DNA of 64,000 nt from Acidobacteriota bacterium (lineage in GTDB: Bacteria; Acidobacteriota; UBA890; WLXD01). Below, one piece after another: positions 20,118-31,040 of the stretch. The DNA is taken from contig CBDFKD010000002.1 in the NCBI GenBank assembly GCA_965248695.1, positions 1,344,001 through 1,408,000 of the forward strand. Direction: 5' to 3'. Under the pieces are notes generated by a model. That model saw nothing but the letters and a program-made list of their open reading frames with translations. It did no database searches and was not told the DNA's origin. Numbering within the stretch: the stretch's first letter is position 1; the number at the start of each line of letters is the position of its first letter. The translations under genes were made by a program, and so were the position numbers.

Positions 20118-21815
20118 ATGCATGATGACTTGTCGGCACAGCCGTATCTGATGTTCCGGGATCCGGACGGCAACATGACCCGGGTGGCGCTGGAGAACCT
20201 GCCGCTCACCCTCGGCCGCCGGAGCACGAACGAAGTACAGGTGCTCGATCCGACCGTGTCGCGCGACCACGCCCGCTTGCTACGCGACGACAAGGAGTTC
20301 GTCATTGAAGACCTGGGCAGCACGCACGGCACGTTCGTGAACCAGCAACGCGTCCAGCGGCATGTGCTGGGCCCGAACGATCGAATCCGCCTCGGTGGGG
20401 CCACCAATCACCTGCTCACCTTCCGCTCGGGCGGCGAGTTCACGATGATGATCGGTACCACCGGCAAGGCGACGACGGCGGAGGGCGAAGACGCTGCGGT
20501 CGCAACCTCACGCCAGGACAGCACACGGAACCTCGAGGCGCTGCTCGAGATCAGCAAGGCACTGAACTCGTCGTTGCGCCTCAACGACGTGCTCGAGAAA
20601 GTGATGGACGCGGTGATCGCCCTCACCGAGGGTGAGCGTTGCATGATGCTGTTGGGCAGCGAAGCCGACGCGCTCGAGATCGCCGCCCAGCGCAGCCTCG
20701 CCAACGACAAGTCGCTGGCGACCAAGTACAGCCAGAGCGTCGTGAACGCCGTCTACGGCAATGGCCAGGCGCAGATTCTCACCGACGTGGCCGAGGACGA
20801 GCACTTCAGCGCCCAGCAGAGCATCGTCGGGTTGCACCTGCGAACCGTCATGTGTGTGCCCTTGCGACTGTCGCACTTCGCTCGCGACGTGGATTCGGAT
20901 CTGGGCGACTTCCAGACCGCTTCGGACGACGACGGCGAACGGATCCTCGGGGTCCTGTACGTCGATCGTCGCTCGCCCACGCGCAACTTCGGCGACCAGG
21001 ACCTTTCGATGCTCGAGTCGTTCGCGAGTCATGCCGCGATCGCCATCGACAATGCCCGTCTGTACGAAGAAGCGCTCGAGAAGCGCAAGATGGAGGACGA
21101 GCTGCGGGTGGCCAATCGCATCCAGCGCAGCCTGTTGCTCTCCGATTTCCCGGAGTCGGATTGGTACGAAGTACACGCCCTCAACGTCCCCTCACGCGGC
21201 GTCGGGGGCGACTACTACGAGTTCTTCGAGACACAGTTCGGCACCCTGGGGTTTGCCGTCGGGGACGTCTCCGGCAAGGGCATTCCGGCTGCCATGCTGA
21301 TGGCGACGCTGCAGGCGGCGTTTCTGGCCGCCATTCAAGCCTCGGAGGATCTGGCGTTCGTCTGCAGCCACGTGAACAACTTCCTCGTCGAGCGCACCTC
21401 GCCCGAGCGTTATGCGACGTTCTTCGTCGGTTTGCTCCGACCCGATGGACAGCTGCAGTTCATCAATGCCGGGCACAACCCCCCGCTGCTGGTTCGCGGC
21501 GATGCGGAGCCACAGCGGTTGATGGGCGGCGGCATGCCCCTGGGGCTGTTCGCGGACCGTGACTACGAGATACAGACAACGGAGCTGATCGCCGACGATG
21601 TCGTCGTGGTGTTCTCGGACGGCGTCACGGAAGCCAACAACCCCGCTGAGGAGGAGTTCAGCGAGGAGGCGCTGGCAACCGTCGTGGTAGCCGAGCGCAA
21701 GCAAAGCGCCGACGGCATGGGGAAGGCGGTGTTCGACGCCGTGGCGGAGTTCAGCGCCGGTGCCCCACAGCACGACGACCTCACGCTGATGATCGTCAAG
21801 CACAACGCGAGTTGA
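20118..21815 (+). CDS. FHA-GAF-PP2C (SpoIIE/RsbU-like) Ser/Thr phosphatase
   Basis: FHA (LGR..VSRDH..DLGSTHGTFVN), GAF, and PP2C (GGDYY, GDVSGKG, NAGH, SDG..E, DDLT). Confidence 0.92.
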   Translation: MHDDLSAQPYLMFRDPDGNMTRVALENLPLTLGRRSTNEVQVLDPTVSRDHARLLRDDKEFVIEDLGSTHGTFVNQQRVQRHVLGPNDRIRLGGATNHLLTFRSGGEFTMMIGTTGKATTAEGEDAAVATSRQDSTRNLEALLEISKALNSSLRLNDVLEKVMDAVIALTEGERCMMLLGSEADALEIAAQRSLANDKSLATKYSQSVVNAVYGNGQAQILTDVAEDEHFSAQQSIVGLHLRTVMCVPLRLSHFARDVDSDLGDFQTASDDDGERILGVLYVDRRSPTRNFGDQDLSMLESFASHAAIAIDNARLYEEALEKRKMEDELRVANRIQRSLLLSDFPESDWYEVHALNVPSRGVGGDYYEFFETQFGTLGFAVGDVSGKGIPAAMLMATLQAAFLAAIQASEDLAFVCSHVNNFLVERTSPERYATFFVGLLRPDGQLQFINAGHNPPLLVRGDAEPQRLMGGGMPLGLFADRDYEIQTTELIADDVVVVFSDGVTEANNPAEEEFSEEALATVVVAERKQSADGMGKAVFDAVAEFSAGAPQHDDLTLMIVKHNAS

Positions 21816-22309
21816 TGCGCCGTTCGGTCGACGGTCGGGGCGAGGCTCTCGCCATCGCCGCCGACGAGAGCGCGCAGCTTCGTCGGATGGTCGAGGGCGA
21901 CCTGGACGCCATTCTCGCGATCGAAGCCGAGAGCTTCGCCGCCCCCTGGCCGCGATCGGCGTTCGAGCTGGCGATGACCGCCCCCGAGTTGCTCTGCCTG
22001 GTGGCGGACGCAGAAACCGTCGCCGGCTACCTGATCGCCTGTCCCGATCGCCAGGACGCTCTGATCGCCAACGTCGCTGTGGCTAGCGCCCAGCGGCACC
22101 ACGGCTACGGACGACAGCTCATCGAGGCGGCGCTGCGGTGGGCCACAGGCCGCAACGCCACTAGCTGCCGGCTCGACGTGCGGATGTCGAACAAAGCGGC
22201 ACAGCGCCTCTACGAGCGCCTCGGCTTTCGTCCGGTCGGTCGGCGGCGCGGCTACTATCCGAACCCGCGCGAAGACGCCCTCACGATGGTGCGGGTACTG
22301 GACACCTGA
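21812..22309 (+). CDS. rimI: Ribosomal-protein S18 alanine N-acetyltransferase (GNAT)
   Basis: IE..SF..PW, NVAV...GYGRQL and L.VRMSN.AAQRLYERLGF....R.GYY....EDAL.M motifs. Confidence 0.85.
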   Translation: MMRRSVDGRGEALAIAADESAQLRRMVEGDLDAILAIEAESFAAPWPRSAFELAMTAPELLCLVADAETVAGYLIACPDRQDALIANVAVASAQRHHGYGRQLIEAALRWATGRNATSCRLDVRMSNKAAQRLYERLGFRPVGRRRGYYPNPREDALTMVRVLDT

Positions 22310-22346
22310 TCGCAGACGGCAGCGCCGACCAGTGGTCAGCTACAAG

Positions 22347-23648
22347 CTATTCGTCTGTTTCTGCAACGCCACAGAATCGCATCGCGGTGATGCACAGCGT
22401 CCGCGCCAGGGTCTGCAAGTCCTGCAGCGGCACGAACTCGTCGGGCCCGTGCGCCTGACGCACATCGCCGGCACCGAACATCACGGTGGGAATACCCGCC
22501 ACATTCACCAGAAGCCGCATGTCGGCTCCGTAGGTCATGCCTTCGAGCACCGCGTGTTGCTGGCTCACGGCGTGATAGGCGTCGGCCACCGCTGCGGCGA
22601 TCGGTGCCTTCGGGTCGATCTCGGCCGGATGGAACTGTCCGCCCCACCACTCCAGGCTCGGCGGGTGCTCGGCCAGCCACGGATCGCGCTCACCGAGCGC
22701 TGCAAGCGCCGCTTCGAATTCGGCGCGCGCCGACTCCAGGCTCTCGCCTGGAGCGATTCCGTAGCGTCCCTCCACCTGCAACCAGTCCGGAACCGACGAT
22801 GGCCAATCTCCCGCCTCGACGCGGCCTACGGAGAGTGGGAACGGGATGTCGTAGGCTTCAAACAGCGGGTTGTCGTAGCGTTCCGTGCGCCGCTGCTCCA
22901 GCGCTCGCAGGGCTGACAGCAACGGCGCTAGCTTGTCGACGGCGCTGACGCCTTCGGCGCGCATGCAGGCATGGGCCGAGAGTCCTTTGAGCCGGATTCG
23001 GAAGTTCAGCGCACCGGCGTGCGTCGTCGCGATCCGCATCCGGGTGGGCTCCATGATGACCGCCGCGTCGGCCACGTGGCCACGCTCGATCGCGGCCAGG
23101 GTCCCGGTACCGCCGTCCTCCTCACCAACCACCGGTGTCACCAGCAGTCGACCCTGCAACCGCACCCCGGCGTCCACCAGAGCCTTGGCGGCGCACATCG
23201 CGGCACAGACGCCGCCCTTCATGTCGACCGCGCCGCGCCCGTACACTGCTCCGTCGCGCACGGTGGCGCGCCACGGCGGCGTGCTCCAGTCCGTTTCGTC
23301 GCCCGCGCCGACGACATCGAGATGGCCGTTGAACAGCAGCGACGGGCCGGAGTCGGCGCCCAGCCGGCCGACAACGCCGAGCGCGGACTCGCGCTCGATC
23401 TCCTCGCAGAAGTACGGGTGTTGGCGCAGGGTGTCGAGATCGATCGACCACGTATCGACGTCCAGACCGGCACCGACCATGAAGTCGGCCGCCATCTGCT
23501 GCGCCGGCGACTCCTGTCCTCCGACGCTTCGTACCTGCACCAGGCGATCGAGGAGCTCGATCATGGCGTCGAAGTCCAGCGCCGCGAGCGCGCTCTGCTC
23601 TGACGGCGTCAGGGGCTGTTGCTGCACCGGGACAAGCGGTGTGCTCAC
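22347..23648 (-). CDS. ArgE/DapE-family M20 deacylase
   Basis: NGHLDVV, GRGAVDMKGG, GEE, EPT and AHGPDE motifs. The GTG start overlaps the upstream stop. Confidence 0.9.
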   Translation of the reverse strand: MSTPLVPVQQQPLTPSEQSALAALDFDAMIELLDRLVQVRSVGGQESPAQQMAADFMVGAGLDVDTWSIDLDTLRQHPYFCEEIERESALGVVGRLGADSGPSLLFNGHLDVVGAGDETDWSTPPWRATVRDGAVYGRGAVDMKGGVCAAMCAAKALVDAGVRLQGRLLVTPVVGEEDGGTGTLAAIERGHVADAAVIMEPTRMRIATTHAGALNFRIRLKGLSAHACMRAEGVSAVDKLAPLLSALRALEQRRTERYDNPLFEAYDIPFPLSVGRVEAGDWPSSVPDWLQVEGRYGIAPGESLESARAEFEAALAALGERDPWLAEHPPSLEWWGGQFHPAEIDPKAPIAAAVADAYHAVSQQHAVLEGMTYGADMRLLVNVAGIPTVMFGAGDVRQAHGPDEFVPLQDLQTLARTLCITAMRFCGVAETDE

Positions 23649-24547
23649 GAGTCGGTTCGCAGCACCGGGCGGGTCAGGCAGGTGGCGCCGCCCTCTGCCT
23701 TCAGCGACACCTCGCGTCCGCGATAGGTGAGCACATCGCAACCGGCGGCCTCGAGACGCATGCGCGTCTGCTTGTTGTCTTCCAGCATCACGCAGCGACG
23801 CGGCGCCAGAGCCAGGACGTTGGGACCCTGGGTGGCAAACTCGGCCTCCGGCACGGGCACGATCTCGATCGCCCGATCGCGCAACAGCCGCCAGAAAGGA
23901 ATCGGCAGCAGTGGCTCAAAAGCCACCGCCAGATCGTCGTCGAGCATGCTGATCAACGACATCAGATGCAGGCAGGCGTCGGCACCCTCGTGGAACGGCA
24001 AAGGCACCGGGACGCAGGTAACGCCGATCGGCCCCAGGATCGATTCGAGCTGGCGCAGGCCCTCGGCGTTGGTGCGAAAGCCCTGACCTACCGCCAGGGT
24101 GTCGTGATCGATCCACAGAAGATCTCCCCCTTCCCCCGTTGCCGTCCCCGACAATCGACCGAGGATCGGTACGCCAGCCTCCTCGAGGGTCGCCGCCAGG
24201 GGCTCCTCTTCACCGCGCCGCAGCGATTTGCCCATGCGCAACACAACGGTCCCGTGATCGGTGACCAGCACTGGATCGTGCACGAAGATGGCGTCAGCCA
24301 GCCCGTCGGCCGGACGCTGGTGGTCGATCAGCTCAGCGCCATGCTGCAGCAGAATCTCGGCCAGCGCCTCGTGCTCGGCGCGTGCTCCGGCGAGATCGGG
24401 TGCGTCGGCGTAGTGCCAGATCGACGGGTCGGCGTTGGCGAATGTCTCGTCGGGCGAGCGTACCGCGACCCGGCGCAACGACGCGACCATGCTCTGCGAG
24501 CCGTACTGACGACGGATCGCGGTAACTTCCGGCGCCTCCGAGTGCAT
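23645..24547 (-). CDS. Amidinotransferase/dimethylarginine dimethylaminohydrolase (pentein) family protein
   Basis: DAIFVHDP, R.GEE, EGGD, LHL and GGATCLT (catalytic Cys). Confidence 0.88.
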   Translation of the reverse strand: MHSEAPEVTAIRRQYGSQSMVASLRRVAVRSPDETFANADPSIWHYADAPDLAGARAEHEALAEILLQHGAELIDHQRPADGLADAIFVHDPVLVTDHGTVVLRMGKSLRRGEEEPLAATLEEAGVPILGRLSGTATGEGGDLLWIDHDTLAVGQGFRTNAEGLRQLESILGPIGVTCVPVPLPFHEGADACLHLMSLISMLDDDLAVAFEPLLPIPFWRLLRDRAIEIVPVPEAEFATQGPNVLALAPRRCVMLEDNKQTRMRLEAAGCDVLTYRGREVSLKAEGGATCLTRPVLRTDS

Positions 24548-24718
24548 TCGACGTCCCTCTCTGTCAGTCCCGGCCCGCCGCCGTCCACGGCCTATGACAG
24601 TGGCTCGACACCAGCGGCCAACGGTGGCCTGGGCGGCGCCCTGGTTATCAGCGTTGGCGCCAGCGACTGGTAGCGTACCCCAGGTATCGACCCTCAACGA
24701 GATTCGTCGGAGCCCACC

Positions 24719-25543
24719 GTGCGTCGTACTCCTCTGCTGATCGCCTGCACGCTGATGATGCTGATCGCCGGATCGCGACCCGGCGCAGGTGATTCGGGCG
24801 CGCCGCGCGCCCTGTGGGTATGGAGCCGCCCGGAGCCCGGCTTGGCCCGCTACGCGCGGGCGCACAACTTCACCCATCTGCTCGTCAACGTACCCACCGA
24901 CGACGCCAGATCGAGCGTGTTCGCGAACCTGGCGCGCGACGCTCGCCGGCGCCACATCGGGGTCGTGGCGGTCTCCGGGCACGCGAGCTGGGCCCTGCAA
25001 CCGGAGGGATTGACTACCTGGGTTCGCGAGGTTCGACGCGCCGGGCTCTACGGCGCCCTGCTGCTCGACATCGAGCCATACCTGCTCGACGAATGGGACA
25101 CCGACCGTGCGCGTGTGATGCGCAGCTTTCTCAAAGCCCTGGAGAGCGCCGTCCGCGCCGCCGGCGGGCTACAGGTGTGGGCGGCTATCCCGTTCTGGTT
25201 TGATCACGACGGTTACAGCCTCGATGGGCGATCCCTGCTCGAGCACGTCCTCGACCGGGTGAGTGGAGTCGTGGTGATGGCCTATCGCGATCGCGCCGAC
25301 GGCAGCGACGGGATCCTCCGGCACACCGCCAATGAGATTATCGCCGGCGCGGCCGCCGGAAAGGCGGTGGTGATCGGGGTGCAAACCGCCGCCGACGAGC
25401 TCGACAAGCTCACCTTTTATGAAGAAGGTGCGGGCGCCATGGAGCGCGAGCTCGATGCGGTCCTCAGAGCAGTCAGCGGGGCGCCCGGATTCGGCGGCAT
25501 CGCCGTGCACCATTTCGATTCCTACCGGCGGCTGCGCCCCTGA
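24719..25543 (+). CDS. Exported hypothetical protein, TIM-barrel glycoside-hydrolase-like
   Basis: Signal peptide; RALWVW, LDIEPY, VMAYRD and GIAVHH patterns resemble GH18-like barrels. Confidence 0.6.
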   Translation: MRRTPLLIACTLMMLIAGSRPGAGDSGAPRALWVWSRPEPGLARYARAHNFTHLLVNVPTDDARSSVFANLARDARRRHIGVVAVSGHASWALQPEGLTTWVREVRRAGLYGALLLDIEPYLLDEWDTDRARVMRSFLKALESAVRAAGGLQVWAAIPFWFDHDGYSLDGRSLLEHVLDRVSGVVVMAYRDRADGSDGILRHTANEIIAGAAAGKAVVIGVQTAADELDKLTFYEEGAGAMERELDAVLRAVSGAPGFGGIAVHHFDSYRRLRP

Positions 25544-25638
25544 CCTTCCGGGGCCGCCGGGGAACGAACCGTCGCCCAGGTGTACTCTCTCGGCGCGGCG
25601 CCCACAGGTGAGCGGGCGCGCTACCTCGCGTTGAGGAC

Positions 25639-25926
25639 ATGACCGACGACGATCGGATCGAGCTGCCCATCGACGGCGTTCTCGACCTGCACACGTTCCG
25701 CCCCGGCGACGCGCGCGAGCTTGTCGACGACTACCTCGATGCCTGCCGGGAACGCTCGATCACCGAGGTGCGCATCATTCACGGGAAGGGCACGGGCACC
25801 CTCCGTCGCATTGTCCACGCTGCGCTCGAGCGGCGCTCGGATGTTGACTGGTTCCGCCTGGCAGGCGACGGGTCGGGCTGGGGAGCGACGCTGGTCTCGC
25901 TCCGCCCCGACCAGTCGAATCCCTAG
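25639..25926 (+). CDS. Smr/MutS2 C-terminal domain protein
   Basis: LDLHTF, VRIIHGKGTGTLR and GWGAT.V motifs. Confidence 0.9.
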   Translation: MTDDDRIELPIDGVLDLHTFRPGDARELVDDYLDACRERSITEVRIIHGKGTGTLRRIVHAALERRSDVDWFRLAGDGSGWGATLVSLRPDQSNP

Positions 25927-25949
25927 CAGAGAACGGAGAAGGAGCCTCG

Positions 25950-26924
25950 ATGCGATCGCTCGTCTGCTTGCTCGCCCTGATACTGGCCGCCTGCGCTGGC
26001 CAACCTGTTGATGTTGCAACCCCCGACCAGTCGGGGAGCAGGGCGACAACGGCGGAGCCCGAGGCCATATCGCTGCTCGGGGAGCCGCTGCATGCGGCAC
26101 AGCCCACGCCCGATCGTCTGGCCTCGCTCACCGCCAACATCGAACAGGCTCGCGCCGCCCACGAGACCAGCCCCGATGAGAGCACGCTCATCTGGCTGGG
26201 CAGACGTATCGCCTACGCTGGCGGCTTCAACGACGCGGTGGCGATCTATGGCGGCGGGCTGGAGACGTATCCCGACTCGTACCGACTGCGCCGCCACCGT
26301 GGGCATCGATACATCTCGCTGCGGCGATTCGACGAGGCCGTTGCCGACCTCACCGAAGCGACGTGGCTGGCCGAGGGATTCGACGATGCGATCGAGCCGG
26401 ATGGCATTCCCAATCGCCTCAACACGCCGCTGTCGACCGACAAGTTCAACATCTGGTACCACCTGGCGCTGGCGCACTATCTGCGGGGCGACTTCGAAGC
26501 GGCACTCGACGCCTACCGAAGCTGCATGGAGGTCTCGAACAATCCCGACTTGCTGGTCGCCACCAGCGACTGGATGTACATGACGCTGCGTCGGCTCGGG
26601 CGCGACGCCGAAGCAAGCGAGCTTCTGGCTCCGATCACCGCCGATCTCGGGGTGGTGGAGAACGACGCCTACCACCGGCGATTGCTCATGTACAAGGGCG
26701 AGGTGGATCCCGCAGATCTGCTCGACCTGCGGGCGGTAGACGATCCGGACGTGGCCCTCAATATCGCCACACAGGGATACGGCGTCGGCAACTGGTACCT
26801 GTACAACGGCGACGAGGAGCGCGCTCGGGAGGTCTTCGAGCGCATCATCGAAGGCACCAGCTGGGCGGCGTTCGGCTACATCGCTGCCGAGGCCGAGGTG
26901 GCGCGGATGCGCGCCGAGGGCTGA
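25950..26924 (+). CDS. TPR-repeat lipoprotein
   Basis: Lipobox LAAC, TPR-like helical repeats, RBS AGAAGGAG. Confidence 0.75.
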   Translation: MRSLVCLLALILAACAGQPVDVATPDQSGSRATTAEPEAISLLGEPLHAAQPTPDRLASLTANIEQARAAHETSPDESTLIWLGRRIAYAGGFNDAVAIYGGGLETYPDSYRLRRHRGHRYISLRRFDEAVADLTEATWLAEGFDDAIEPDGIPNRLNTPLSTDKFNIWYHLALAHYLRGDFEAALDAYRSCMEVSNNPDLLVATSDWMYMTLRRLGRDAEASELLAPITADLGVVENDAYHRRLLMYKGEVDPADLLDLRAVDDPDVALNIATQGYGVGNWYLYNGDEERAREVFERIIEGTSWAAFGYIAAEAEVARMRAEG

Positions 26925-27352
26925 TCCGATCGGAGAACTGGTGGTGCTCGCCGCAGCGTGACTGGCGGCTTCAGCACTGCGTCGGACGGAGCGCAGCAAC
27001 CGATTGAAGCTTGCCGGATCTTACCCCGGCGAGCACCAGCAAGATCGGATTGTCGCCGCGACACTTAGTCAATCTCTGCGGCGGCGCGGGTCGAACCTGA
27101 CTGACCTGAGCAACGATCGCAGACAACCCGCTAGTCGACGAGCCCAGATGAGCCTGACGCGCAGTTCCGCTGGCCAGGACCGGCCTGGCGATGGCGTGGC
27201 GGCGCTGTCAGCACCAACCACGGCCCCGACTTGGTGATCGGCGCCACTCTTGGCACACTGGCGACTCCGACTCGATGATTCCGTTCGCTGAGCGCCAGCA
27301 CCCAGACCGCCGTGCCGGCGTACCTGGGGCCCCCTTCCGACAGAGGTATCCG

Positions 27353-29983
27353 TTGATCGAGCATCCGTCGTTGAACGCCCGCCGCGTCGTTTCCCTGCTC
27401 CTCCTGCTGACCTGCATGGCGGCGCCCGTCGGGGCCCAGTCCGCAGGCGGCAGCGCCGACGCTAGCTCAGCGCCCTCAATCGAGGACAAGGTCGCCGCGA
27501 TGGAGCGGCTCGACGGCCTGTTGCCGCTCTACTGGGACGCCGCCGCCGGCACGCTGTACATGGAGATCGCGCGATTCGACGAGGATGTTCTCTACGTGCG
27601 CGGTCTGGCGGCCGGCCTCGGCTCCAACGACATCGGGCTCGATCGCGGGCAGAGCGGCGGCGGCCGCGTGGTCCGATTCGAGCGCGTCGGCCCCAAGATC
27701 CTGATGCTGCAGCCCAACCTCGACTACCGGGCGGACAGCGACAATCCCGACGAGCGCCGGGCTGTCGAGGAGGCCTTCGCACAGTCGGTGCTGTGGGGAT
27801 TCACCGTTGCCGCGGAGACCGACGGCCGTGCGCTGGTGGACATGACAGGGTTTCTGCTGCGCGACACGCACGGTGTGGCGACCAATCTGCAACCCGCCCA
27901 GTACCGCCTCGACACCTCGCGCAGCGCCATTTCCAGGGAGCACACCAAGGCCTTCCCGAAGAACATCATCCTGAACGCCACCCTGACGTTCACCACCTCG
28001 GGCGGTGGGCGTCGCGGCTTCGGTGGGTTCGGGACCCAGCGGGGCCCCGGCGGTGGCTTTGGACGCGGCTCCCTGGCGGCGGTGACTCCGAGCACCGAGG
28101 CGGTAACCGTTCGCACCCATCACCAGTTCGTCGAGCTCCCGGGCGACGGGTACGTGCCGCGCGCCTACGACCCGCGGTCCGGGGCGTTCGGGCTAACCTA
28201 CCAAGACTACGCGGTGCCTCTCGGCACGTCGCTGGCGAAGCGGTTCGTCAACCGCCACCGGCTAGCGAAGGTCGATCCGGCCGCCGAGATATCGGACGCC
28301 GTCGAGCCAATCGTCTACTACCTCGATCGGGGCACTCCCGAGCCCGTCCGCTCGGCGTTGCTCGACGGAGCCCGCTGGTGGAATCAGGCATTCGAGACGG
28401 CCGGCTATCGTGATGCCTTCCGGGTCGAGATGCTGCCCGAAGGCGCCGACAACATGGACGTGCGCTACAACATCATCCAGTGGGTGCACCGCTCGACGCG
28501 TGGCTGGAGCTACGGCGGCGGAATCAACGACCCACGCACCGGCGAGATCATCAAGGGCCAGGTGACCCTCGGATCGTTGCGCGTGCGCCAGGACTACCTC
28601 ATCGCGGAGGGTCTGCTGTCACCGTACGCGAACGGCACCGAGACGCCGCCCGAGTTGGCCGAGTGGGCGTTGGCCCGGCTACGCCAGCTGTCGGCGCACG
28701 AGGTCGGGCACACGCTGGGCTTCGGCCACAACTACTACGCCAGCAGCCTGGGCCGCATCTCGGTGATGGACTACCCGCACCCGTTGATCGAGCTCACCGA
28801 GGACGGCGAGTTGGACTACTCCGCTGTCTACGACGACAAGATCGGCGAGTGGGACAAGGTCGCGGTGACCTACGCCTACCAGGACTTCCCGGCCGGCGCC
28901 GATGACTCCGAGGAGCTGCGCGCCATCCTCGACGAGGCCTGGGAGCGCGACGTCATCTACATGACCAACCAGGACATGTCGGCGCAGCCGCGGGTGCACT
29001 CGTGGGCTAACGGGGATGATCCGGTGGCGGAGCTTGACCGCATGATGGCGGTCCGGCGCCACGCGCTGGATCGTTTCGGCGACAACGCCATCAAGCTCGG
29101 AGCGCCGCTGGCTACCATCGAGGAGGCCCTCGTACCGCTCTACCTGCACCATCGCTATCAGGTGCAGGCGACCGCCTCCGCTATCGGCGGCTCCAACTAC
29201 CACTACGCGCTGCGCGGCGACGGCCACGGCAACGCCACCGGCGCCGTCCCGGCTGCCGAACAGAGGGCGGCGGTCGAGTCCCTGCTGGCGACGCTTCAAC
29301 CTTCGCAGCTGACAGTGCCGCGCTCGGTGCTCGCATTGCTCCCGCCCCGGCCATCGGGCTACGGACGCCACCGCGAGCTGTTTCCGCGCTACACCGGGAT
29401 GACCTTCGACGCCATCACACCTGCCGTGGTGGCAGCCCAGCATGTGCTCGCCAACATCTTCGATCCGGCGCGCGCGGCTCGAATGGTGCAGCAGCACGGG
29501 CTCGACAGCTCGATGCCAGGTCTGGTCGACGTGCTCGACACCACCCTCAACACGCTGTTCACCATGGAGAGCGACGACGGCTACGAACAGGAGATCATCC
29601 GTGCCGTCCAACGTGCGATGGTGGAACAGGTGATGTCACTGGGCGCCAACGCGTCAATGCCGCAGGTGCGAGCGATCGCCACCTCCCGGCTTACGACGAT
29701 GAGCGCGCGAATCACCGACCGGATCGGCGAGGCCGGGGAGATGGCCGGGCCGAGGCAGGCGCACCTTGCGTTGCTGCAGCGCGATGTCGAACGTTTCCTG
29801 ACGCGCCCTGCCGGGGCCTACTCGTCGCCAGGCCAACGCACCGCCCCGCCCGGCGCACCGATCGGGCAACCAGCGCCCTCGTGGCTCGATCCCGGGCTCT
29901 TGAGCTCCGACCTGCCACCGGTCAGCTCGATGCTCGACTCGCTCTTCCCCTCCGAGGCAGCCTGCTCATGGGGCGGCCGCTAG
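27353..29983 (+). CDS. Exported zinc metalloprotease (DUF5117/DUF4953-type metzincin)
   Basis: HEVGHTLGFGH zinc motif, SVMDY Met-turn, DPRTGEII. Start is approximate. Confidence 0.88.
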   Translation: MIEHPSLNARRVVSLLLLLTCMAAPVGAQSAGGSADASSAPSIEDKVAAMERLDGLLPLYWDAAAGTLYMEIARFDEDVLYVRGLAAGLGSNDIGLDRGQSGGGRVVRFERVGPKILMLQPNLDYRADSDNPDERRAVEEAFAQSVLWGFTVAAETDGRALVDMTGFLLRDTHGVATNLQPAQYRLDTSRSAISREHTKAFPKNIILNATLTFTTSGGGRRGFGGFGTQRGPGGGFGRGSLAAVTPSTEAVTVRTHHQFVELPGDGYVPRAYDPRSGAFGLTYQDYAVPLGTSLAKRFVNRHRLAKVDPAAEISDAVEPIVYYLDRGTPEPVRSALLDGARWWNQAFETAGYRDAFRVEMLPEGADNMDVRYNIIQWVHRSTRGWSYGGGINDPRTGEIIKGQVTLGSLRVRQDYLIAEGLLSPYANGTETPPELAEWALARLRQLSAHEVGHTLGFGHNYYASSLGRISVMDYPHPLIELTEDGELDYSAVYDDKIGEWDKVAVTYAYQDFPAGADDSEELRAILDEAWERDVIYMTNQDMSAQPRVHSWANGDDPVAELDRMMAVRRHALDRFGDNAIKLGAPLATIEEALVPLYLHHRYQVQATASAIGGSNYHYALRGDGHGNATGAVPAAEQRAAVESLLATLQPSQLTVPRSVLALLPPRPSGYGRHRELFPRYTGMTFDAITPAVVAAQHVLANIFDPARAARMVQQHGLDSSMPGLVDVLDTTLNTLFTMESDDGYEQEIIRAVQRAMVEQVMSLGANASMPQVRAIATSRLTTMSARITDRIGEAGEMAGPRQAHLALLQRDVERFLTRPAGAYSSPGQRTAPPGAPIGQPAPSWLDPGLLSSDLPPVSSMLDSLFPSEAACSWGGR

Positions 29984-29996
29984 GAAACCGCAGCGC

Positions 29997-30848
29997 GTGT
30001 TCAATCGACCGAGGAGCGGCTCCGTAGTCTGCCCCAGCTGCGGCAGCCTCGTCGGGGTGCGCGACAATCGCTGCTTCCGGTGCGGGCGTTTCAACCCCGG
30101 CCTGTGGGGCTTCGCGCCGCTGCTCAACAAGCTTGGCCGCGGCCTCGGATTCACCGAGATCGTGCTCTTCGTCTGCGCCGCCCTGTTCGTCATCACGCTG
30201 CTGGGCGATCCATCGGCCATTGGACGTGGCGGACTGCTGTCGATGCTGTCGCCCGGTCAGCGACCGCTGTTCCTGTTCGGCGCCAGCGGCGCGCTGCCGG
30301 TCTTCGGCTACGGCCGCTGGTGGACCGTGCTGAGCGCCGCCTGGCTGCACGGCGGGCTACTCCACATCGTCATGAACATGATGTGGCTGCGCCAGCTCAT
30401 GCCGGCGGTGAGTGAGTTCTACGGCGTTGGCCGACTGGTAATCATCTACACCGCGTCCGCCGCCGCCGGGTTCGCGGCCACCTCGATCATGGGGCTGTTC
30501 CCGTTCCTCGGCCCGCTCGCCGGCGCCGGCTTCACGATCGGTGCGTCGGCGCCGCTGTTCGGGCTCTTCGGAGCCCTCGTCGTATACAGCCAGCTGGGGG
30601 GCCCGAGCAGCATCGGTCAGCAGGTGTGGCGCTGGGTCGGCATCTTCGTGGTGATAGGGCTGATCGTACCGTTCATCGACAACTGGGCCCACCTGGGCGG
30701 CTTCGGCGGCGGTTACCTAGCGGCGCGACTCCTCGATCCGCGCACCGACGAGCACGCCGGCCATTTCGTCGGCGCGTTCGTGTGCCTGGCACTGAACGCC
30801 GCCGCGATCCTGGCGTCGGTGTGGCACGGGCTGCAGTTCTTCCGCTAG
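29997..30848 (+). CDS. Rhomboid intramembrane serine protease with N-terminal zinc ribbon
   Basis: CPSC..CFRC, LHGGLLHIVMN, GAS and AHLGG motifs. Confidence 0.92.
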   Translation: MFNRPRSGSVVCPSCGSLVGVRDNRCFRCGRFNPGLWGFAPLLNKLGRGLGFTEIVLFVCAALFVITLLGDPSAIGRGGLLSMLSPGQRPLFLFGASGALPVFGYGRWWTVLSAAWLHGGLLHIVMNMMWLRQLMPAVSEFYGVGRLVIIYTASAAAGFAATSIMGLFPFLGPLAGAGFTIGASAPLFGLFGALVVYSQLGGPSSIGQQVWRWVGIFVVIGLIVPFIDNWAHLGGFGGGYLAARLLDPRTDEHAGHFVGAFVCLALNAAAILASVWHGLQFFR

Positions 30849-31040
30849 CCGGCCGCGGAGTGCCTGCGCCGCGGCGGCAGTCCGCAGATCGGTCTTTACG
30901 AGTCGATCGTCAGGCGGTTCTGCGCGCAGAGTCGCGCCGCCAGCTGAAGAGCGGCGACCAGCCTCTTGATCATGTTCATGGGTCTACTCTCCGCTATCGT
31001 GGCCGTCGGCGTCCAGGGGCCCCCGCTCCGCCAGCGCACT

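Noticed and set aside
26925-27350. 430-bp intergenic gap as a possible ncRNA or riboswitch
   Set aside because: No recognisable motif, promoter-terminator pair or repeat found by eye.
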